Shown here piece after piece: positions 26,531-31,651 of a stretch of DNA of 31,651 bases (its first letter is position 1; the number at the start of each line of letters is the position of its first letter). The notes under the pieces were generated by a model. That model worked only from the letters and a program-made list of their open reading frames with translations. It ran no database searches and was not told the origin of the DNA. The position numbers and the translations under genes are program-made. This stretch comes from a virus (Duplodnaviria > Caudoviricetes), in the IMG/VR virus record IMGVR_UViG_3300049436_000058, positions 1-31,651 of that record; one strand, 5' to 3'.

Positions 26531-27182
26531 GCTTTTTGCTCCTTTTGTTGATCTTGCGGACGAGTGCGCCGCGCAGTTGAATGACCCGGCACAGCTCGGG
26601 CGGGTAGTTGGTGTGGTAACTGTTGCGCCGCATGTTTTCGGCGTCGGTGATCAGCTCGATGTTCTCGATGCGGATGTCGGTCTTGTCGCCATTCCGGAAG
26701 CGCAGCTTGTGGCCGGCCGGCACGGGGCCGTGGTGTTCCTGCCAGAGGAGGATGTGCACGCCGACCCAGTCGCGCGGCGGGTAGCCGGTGTCGGTCATCT
26801 TGCGCTGCAGGTATCCGTCCATGAGGCGGTGGCTGCCGATCGGCAGCCAGTTCGCCGGCTTCTGGCATTTCTTGAAGCGCGTCTCGGCCGAGCGGCCGCC
26901 GGCGGTCCAGCCCTTCATGCCGGTGTTCCAGGGCACGATGCCGGGCTTGAAGCGGTAGGCGATGCCCGGGCTGTCTTCGCGCCGCAGCCGGCAGGCGTCG
27001 GGCCCGGTGAGGTATTCGGCGCTCTTTTTCAGGCCGAGCTTGCCGGCCATGCCGTAGCACTGAGTCAATCGCCGGCCGAGCGCCTCGGCGACCAGGGCGC
27101 TTTTCACGTCCGGCCAGAGGGCGACGAGCCAGGCGATGTCTTCCTCGCTCCAGAGCTGGCGTGGGCCGCGGCGTCGGGTCAT
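26511..27182 (-). CDS. HNH endonuclease-family protein
   Basis: RFKPG..PWN.G repeats; VHILLWQEHHGPVPAGH...F.NGDKTD..IEN.ELIT..ENMRRN. Confidence 0.85.
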   Translation of the reverse strand: MTRRRGPRQLWSEEDIAWLVALWPDVKSALVAEALGRRLTQCYGMAGKLGLKKSAEYLTGPDACRLRREDSPGIAYRFKPGIVPWNTGMKGWTAGGRSAETRFKKCQKPANWLPIGSHRLMDGYLQRKMTDTGYPPRDWVGVHILLWQEHHGPVPAGHKLRFRNGDKTDIRIENIELITDAENMRRNSYHTNYPPELCRVIQLRGALVRKINKRSKKHEQDHR

Positions 27183-27520
27183 GTGCGCTTCGCCTCCGGC
27201 GCCAGCACCGTGTAGCCCATGGCACGCAGCATGCGCACGGCGCGGTCGACGCCGTTGCCCTTGTAGTCCTCTGAGAGGGACCAGGCCTTGTCGGCGAACT
27301 TGACGCGGCCGGAGTTCCGGTGGTGCTTGAGCATGCCCCAGACCTGATGGCAGTTGAGGCCGGTCTTCTTCATGAGCGAGGCGGTGGTGATCGGGCCCTC
27401 TCGCGTGATGAGGTCGAGCAGCTCGGCGGCGCCGGTGCCAGAGCCGGTGCGCGGCTTGGCCGCGACTGTACCGTGCCGACAGGCGGCGGCCTCGATCTGC
27501 TGGAAGATGCCAGGGATCAT
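27179..27520 (-). CDS. Putative winged-helix DNA-binding protein
   Basis: LLDLITREGPITTASLMKKTGL....VWGML; ATGA overlaps. Confidence 0.6.
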   Translation of the reverse strand: MIPGIFQQIEAAACRHGTVAAKPRTGSGTGAAELLDLITREGPITTASLMKKTGLNCHQVWGMLKHHRNSGRVKFADKAWSLSEDYKGNGVDRAVRMLRAMGYTVLAPEAKRT

Positions 27521-27762
27521 GGGATCAACCTCATCTGCCCGGCGGCTTCGAGTTCGATGGCAGTGGGCGGGATGGGCATGTCCGGATCCCAGCCGCAACA
27601 GTCGAAGGCGGCTTCTTCGCACTCGTGGAAGTCGCGGCACAGCGGGCAGAGGTAGCCTTCGATGATCTCCGGCGCGCAGCATTCGCGGGCGTCGTCTTCG
27701 TTGTCGTGCACATCGCCGCAGCGATCGCACTGCCAGGCTTCGGGCGCGCTCGCCTGGCTCAT
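27517..27762 (-). CDS. Small Cys-rich (zinc-binding) protein
   Basis: Two internal repeats of CxxC...H.....A..CC. Confidence 0.75.
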   Translation of the reverse strand: MSQASAPEAWQCDRCGDVHDNEDDARECCAPEIIEGYLCPLCRDFHECEEAAFDCCGWDPDMPIPPTAIELEAAGQMRLIP

Positions 27763-29639
27763 GGCCGCGCTTCGGTCGGGAAAGGCCAGGTGGTGCTGGC
27801 CAGCGACGATGGCTCAGCGGCGGGCTTGGTCCTGGCCGGCGCAGCCGGCACGTTCCCTTCCGCCGGCGAAGCCGGCGCTGGACTTGCCTTGGCCTTCGGT
27901 TTTTTCGGCGCGGCGGGCTTCTTCTCCGCCGCCGGCGCAGCTTTCGTCGCGCTTTTGTCTTTCGCTTGCGCAGCAGAGGTAGGGGGAGAGGCCTTCTTCG
28001 CGGGTTTTTTGGGTTTCTCCCTGGCGCGGAATTCGGCGGCGACTTCCTTCTTGATGGCTTCGGCGTCGATGTCGTAGGCCTTGGCGGCTTCGAGCAGGCG
28101 CTCGGGCTTTTGGTCGAGCTGCCAGGCGTTGGCGAAGGTGTCGTCGACCAGCGCCATTTCGATCAGCAGGCGGCCGTGGTCGGCGGCCGTCCGGCCGGGC
28201 AGGCCCTCCTTGAAGTCGGCGATCAGCGCGTGGTCGTCCTGCTTCTTGTCGGTGGGGCCGATCCACAGGCGCGCCAGGCGCTTCTGCGCGTCGAAGCTGA
28301 GGTGATCGAAGAAGGATTCCGCGACCCAGCGGAGCTCGATGTCCTTCAGGTGCAACTGGAGTTCTGGCGTGGTTCGCTGGTTCGCATCGAAGTCCTGCGT
28401 CAGGTGGCTGCGGATGGCGTCGAAGAGGCGGCCGCGCCATGCGTTCTCCTGCTTGGCCTTCTGCTCGCGCTTCTTCTGGGCGTCGTCCTTGCGGCCGGGG
28501 CGGGCGTCGAGCTTGATGCCCTTGGCTTCGAGGTGTTCCTGGACGGTGGCCTTGGGCAGGATCTCGATGAGCTTGCCGGGCTCGTGCGGATCTTCCAGCA
28601 GCGTGGGCGGCGGCGCTTTCTTGCCGAGGAGCTCGCGGTAGGTCTTGTATTTCGCGCCGTCGGCGCTGCAGTGCTCGTCGAGCGCGACATAGTCGCCCTT
28701 GAGTTCGTCGTTGTAACGCGAGGGCTTGAGCTTTTCCGCCGCCTTGCCGGTGATGACGTCCTGGCCGCGCGCCTTGGCCTCGGCGATCATGCGCGCGGTA
28801 TGGGCGTCCTTCTTGGCGGCGAAGCAGGCCGGGTCGGTGCAAACGTCGGCACTCTTGACGTCGGCGAAGAGCTCCGGCTGGCTGCCGGTGCGCTTGGGGC
28901 AGTCGGCACACTTGGGCGCGCCGGCGACGAGATCCGCATCGCCGCGCGGGAAGGGCGCCTCGGCCAGGCGCAGCATGTAGTGGTTCTGGATGTGGTCGGC
29001 CGCGCGACGGTAGGACATCGGCTCCTGGTATTTGCCGCCGAGGATGGTGTCGAGCGCCTCTTCCTGCAGCGCCTCGGTGGGGATGCGGGCGATGAGCAGC
29101 GCGCGCGAGGGGTCGAGCTTGCCATCGGCCAACGCCGCGCGCGCCTTCTTGCCGCACTCCAGCAGCTTGAGCTGGGCGTAGACGTGGGAGCGGCTCTTGC
29201 CGATCTGCGCGGCGATGGTGTCGGCGGTGTGGCCGTGATCCTGCATCAGGCGGCGGTAGCCTTCGGCCTCTTCGATGGCGGTGAGGTCCTTGCGCTTGAG
29301 GTTCTCGATGAGCTGCAGCTCGATCGCCGCCTTGTCGTCGATGTCGCGCCAGAAAAACGGGATGTCGGCCAGGCCAGCGATCTCGGCGGCGCGCCAGCGG
29401 CCCTCGCCGCAGACGATCTCATAGAGCACGCCGGCGGGCGCCTTGCCGCGTGCGGCCGGCCAGGGGCGGGCGGTGATGGGCTGGATGACGTCGTGGTCGC
29501 GGATCGAGGCGGCGAGTTCGTCGAGGTAGGCTTTGTCGGTGTGCTTGCGGTTCGTCAGCGAGGCGGCGAAGTGGGCGAGCGGGGCGCGGGCGACCACCAG
29601 GGCGCCGGCGGGCTGGGCGAGGGTTTCGGGTGCGTTCAT
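27759..29639 (-). CDS. parB: ParB/Spo0J-family protein
   Basis: ELAASIR...VIQPI, YEIVCGEGRWRAA, ENLKRKDL..IEEA, HTH (IAAQIGKSRSHV), C..CPKR and CTDP.CF motifs. Confidence 0.9.
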   Translation of the reverse strand: MNAPETLAQPAGALVVARAPLAHFAASLTNRKHTDKAYLDELAASIRDHDVIQPITARPWPAARGKAPAGVLYEIVCGEGRWRAAEIAGLADIPFFWRDIDDKAAIELQLIENLKRKDLTAIEEAEGYRRLMQDHGHTADTIAAQIGKSRSHVYAQLKLLECGKKARAALADGKLDPSRALLIARIPTEALQEEALDTILGGKYQEPMSYRRAADHIQNHYMLRLAEAPFPRGDADLVAGAPKCADCPKRTGSQPELFADVKSADVCTDPACFAAKKDAHTARMIAEAKARGQDVITGKAAEKLKPSRYNDELKGDYVALDEHCSADGAKYKTYRELLGKKAPPPTLLEDPHEPGKLIEILPKATVQEHLEAKGIKLDARPGRKDDAQKKREQKAKQENAWRGRLFDAIRSHLTQDFDANQRTTPELQLHLKDIELRWVAESFFDHLSFDAQKRLARLWIGPTDKKQDDHALIADFKEGLPGRTAADHGRLLIEMALVDDTFANAWQLDQKPERLLEAAKAYDIDAEAIKKEVAAEFRAREKPKKPAKKASPPTSAAQAKDKSATKAAPAAEKKPAAPKKPKAKASPAPASPAEGNVPAAPARTKPAAEPSSLASTTWPFPTEARP

Positions 29640-30229
29640 GCGTGGCTCCAGAGGGTTTTGGTGACGTCGAGGAATTTCGAGAGGCCGACGACCTCGGCCT
29701 GAGTGAGCTTGACCGAGACCTCGCCGACGGCGATGCCCAGCGCGCCGGAGTTCTCGATGGCGAAGCGGGCAGTGCTGTCGTCGATGGGCGTGATGGATTC
29801 ACCGGCCATCGCTTCCTGGGCAATCATCTGGCGACCCAGCGCATGGGCCCCCTGCTGCGATGTGAGTCTCGGTTTCTCGGCCGGCGGCTTCGGCCAGGGC
29901 TTGGGCGCCTTGACCTTGCCACCGGATGGGCCATAAACGAAGCGCACGCCGCGGCCGGAGCCGGGCGGGGCGTCGTGGCGCGCGATCGTGCCGGCGTCGG
30001 TGAGGGCGCGCAGGTGTGGGAAAAGTTCGGCCGCGTCGACGCCGAGCGCCAGGGCGATGACGCCGGGCGGCTGCGGCTCGGCGAGCTTGTTGATGTGTGC
30101 GGCGGCGGTGTCGGCGATGCCGCCGGATTCCTTCCTTTTGGGCATGGTGTCGGGTTCCTCCGGGTGGGTGGGTTCGTTGGGTGCGGTGTGCTCGAGCTGC
30201 GAGACGAGCTGGGCGAAGATGTCGGTCAT
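29636..30229 (-). CDS. Phage hypothetical protein with a possible wHTH
   Basis: 197 aa starting at the ATGA overlap with the intI stop; ends in an ATGA overlap with parB. Confidence 0.7.
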   Translation of the reverse strand: MTDIFAQLVSQLEHTAPNEPTHPEEPDTMPKRKESGGIADTAAAHINKLAEPQPPGVIALALGVDAAELFPHLRALTDAGTIARHDAPPGSGRGVRFVYGPSGGKVKAPKPWPKPPAEKPRLTSQQGAHALGRQMIAQEAMAGESITPIDDSTARFAIENSGALGIAVGEVSVKLTQAEVVGLSKFLDVTKTLWSHA

Positions 30230-31191
30230 GCGGCAAGCCTGTCGAGCGGACTGGCGTGGCCGGCCGCGCCCTTCACAGCCACGTGGGTGTAGATCATGGT
30301 GGTGCTCAGGTCGGCGTGGCCGAGCAGCTGCTGGATGGTACGGATGTCGGTGCCGCTCTCCAATAGATGCGTAGCGAAGCTGTGGCGCAGGGTGTGCGCG
30401 CCGACGGGCTTGACGATCTTGGCCAGGGCGCGCGACGACTTGATGGCCTTCGACACCGCCGAGTCGTGGATGTGGTGGCGGCGGATCTCGCCGGTGCGCG
30501 GATCCGGCCCGGGCTTCGAGGCGGGGAAAACGAACTGCCAGCCGAACTGCTTGGCCGCGCCGGGATATTTGCGGCCGAGCGCGCCGGGCATGTAGGCGTC
30601 GCCCAGGCCGGCAGCGAGATCGCGCACGTGGGTGCGGCGCACCGTCTCTATGTGGTGCTTGAGCGGCTCGGCGACGGCGGCCGGCAGCATGACGGCGCGG
30701 TCCTTGTCGCCCTTGCCCTCGCGCACGGTGATGATGCGCCGCGCGAAGTCGATGTCCTTGATGCGCACCGAGAGGCACTCCTCCAGGCGCAGGCCGGCGC
30801 CGTAGAGCAGCGCGCCGATTAGCCAGTGCATGCCGTGCAGGTGGTCGAGCAAGCGGGCGACCTCGTCTGTGGAGAGCACCACCGGCAGGCGCTTCGGCTG
30901 CCGGGCGGGATGGAAGCCGGAGAAGTCGCCGACGTCCTCGCGCAGGACGTGCTTGTAGAGGAAGACGATGGCGTTGAGCGCCTGGTTCTGCGTCGAGGCC
31001 GACACCTCGCGCTCGCGTGCCAGGTGGGTGAGGAAGGCGCGCACCTTGTCCTCATGACCGCCATCGGCGTGGTCCCGGCACCAGAAGGCGAAGCGCTTGA
31101 TCCAATGCAGGTACGCCTGTTCCGTCCGGTAGCTCATGTGCCGGAAGCGGAGGACGTTGCGCGCGGTTTCGAGTGCCAGGTCGAGCTTCAT
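30226..31191 (-). CDS. intI: Integron integrase
   Basis: [39 protein letters not shown], integron-specific insertion ALGRKYP...WQFVFP...[28 protein letters not shown]. Catalytic R-K-H-R-H-Y residues are all present. Confidence 0.96.
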   Translation of the reverse strand: MKLDLALETARNVLRFRHMSYRTEQAYLHWIKRFAFWCRDHADGGHEDKVRAFLTHLAREREVSASTQNQALNAIVFLYKHVLREDVGDFSGFHPARQPKRLPVVLSTDEVARLLDHLHGMHWLIGALLYGAGLRLEECLSVRIKDIDFARRIITVREGKGDKDRAVMLPAAVAEPLKHHIETVRRTHVRDLAAGLGDAYMPGALGRKYPGAAKQFGWQFVFPASKPGPDPRTGEIRRHHIHDSAVSKAIKSSRALAKIVKPVGAHTLRHSFATHLLESGTDIRTIQQLLGHADLSTTMIYTHVAVKGAAGHASPLDRLAA

Positions 31192-31211
31192 GTCTGCGAT
31201 ATTTGCCGGTG

Positions 31212-31233
31212 GGCTTATGAATCTCTGTTATGC
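31212..31233 (+). other. Putative attI site (core GTTATGC at 31227-31233)
   Basis: GTT core 35 bp from the intI start, divergent from it. GTTATGCCTC is the exact reverse complement of GAGGCATAAC at the far end of the cassette. Confidence 0.7.
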
Positions 31234-31542
31234 CTCACTTGCACGTCCGCACCTTGCCGTCCGGAGAGTACGCCACGGACGCCCCACTGGTGAATTGCAG
31301 GTACATCACGCCATCCACGCAGGTATGCGCAATTCCGGTCACGCTAGCTACGCCACGATCCCACGCGCCGCAGCCAGCAAGGCCAAGCGCAATCACAATT
31401 GCCAGTGTCGTTTTCATGTTTCGTTCCTCTCGTCAAAAGTCGGTTCTAGTGGTACGGCGAGGCATAACCCTACGGTCGACCCCGTTCGCTTCGCTCTCTG
31501 GACGCTGCGCGATAAAGCCGCGCAGCGCCGGTCACCTACTCG
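31228..31542 (+). mobile_element. Integron gene cassette 1 (ORF inverted)
   Basis: Bounded by G|TTATGC and the attC crossover G|TTAGGG; holds one ORF; appears less GC-rich than the phage backbone. Confidence 0.8.
31235..31417 (-). CDS. 60-aa lipoprotein in cassette 1
   Basis: MKTTLAIVIALGLAGC lipobox; GAGAGGA RBS; two further Cys. Confidence 0.85.
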   Translation of the reverse strand: MKTTLAIVIALGLAGCGAWDRGVASVTGIAHTCVDGVMYLQFTSGASVAYSPDGKVRTCK

Positions 31543-31548
31543 TTAGGG
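31462..31548 (+). other. attC site, 87 bp
   Basis: R'' GCATAAC, 5 nt, L'' GGTCGACC (extra C), central hairpin GCTGCGCGATAAAGCCGCGCAGC, L' GGTCACC, 5 nt, R' GTTAGGG. Confidence 0.9.
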
Positions 31549-31651
31549 GCTTGCGGCGCTGGCATCCAGTGTGTCGGATTCACCATCACATAAGGCCATG
31601 ACCACACGCCGTAGTGTGTGTGCCACTCACCTGCCGCAATCTTCCCGCTAG
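31536..31651 (-). CDS. 3' end of a DUF551-like phage protein (cassette 2, truncated by the window)
   Basis: Manual translation ...GEWHTHYGVWSWPYVMVNPTHWMPAPQAPNE*; THWMPxP is the DUF551 signature; the stop lies inside attC. Confidence 0.75.
   Translation of the reverse strand, partial: SGKIAAGEWHTHYGVWSWPYVMVNPTHWMPAPQAPNE

Noticed and set aside
25089-30225. Further attC sites among the small early genes
   Set aside because: Genes overlap with no intergenic space and I saw no AAC...GTT hairpins; a covariance-model scan would be needed to exclude relics.
29636-30778. 380-aa version of the gene downstream of intI
   Set aside because: The extension lies within intI in another frame; the real start is the ATGA overlap at 30229.
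31192-31233. Reading this site as a minus-strand attC with intI as a cassette gene
   Set aside because: GCATAAC on - is not followed by L'/R' arms before the intI ATG, and the asymmetry of the full attC defines + as the top strand; attI fits better.
31192-31240. LexA box or Pc promoter
   Set aside because: CTGT at 31225 has no ACAG partner at the right spacing, and no convincing -35/-10 pair is visible.

Overview
The window is most of a GC-rich temperate siphovirus genome; a betaproteobacterial host is my impression from gene content, not tested. The + strand (91-22561) carries an HK97/lambda-like late operon: terminases, portal, protease, capsid, three accessory virion genes, connectors, tail tube, chaperone with a -1 frameshift, tape measure, tail tip, fibre and lysis genes. 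A two-gene operon follows with a strong promoter and palindromic operator, encoding an unknown 90-aa protein and an Aca2-like regulator (candidate new anti-CRISPR). The - strand (31651 to 23453) is a long, mostly stop/start-overlapped early operon ending in a large serine integrase. That integrase carries an intact, symmetric attP with a tRNA-Glu-like core inside its own 3' end, so this looks like the unintegrated form. The most striking feature is an apparently complete integron built into the phage early operon: an intact intI coupled to the next phage gene, a putative attI, a first cassette, a canonical attC and a second cassette. Both cassette ORFs are inverted relative to the att sites, and one is a typical phage DUF551-like gene. 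Other oddities are an antisense lipoprotein gene nested in a tail gene with its promoter written into tail-gene codons, and signal peptides on a virion-like protein and an HNH-like protein. All family assignments are from motif recognition by eye; no searches were run.
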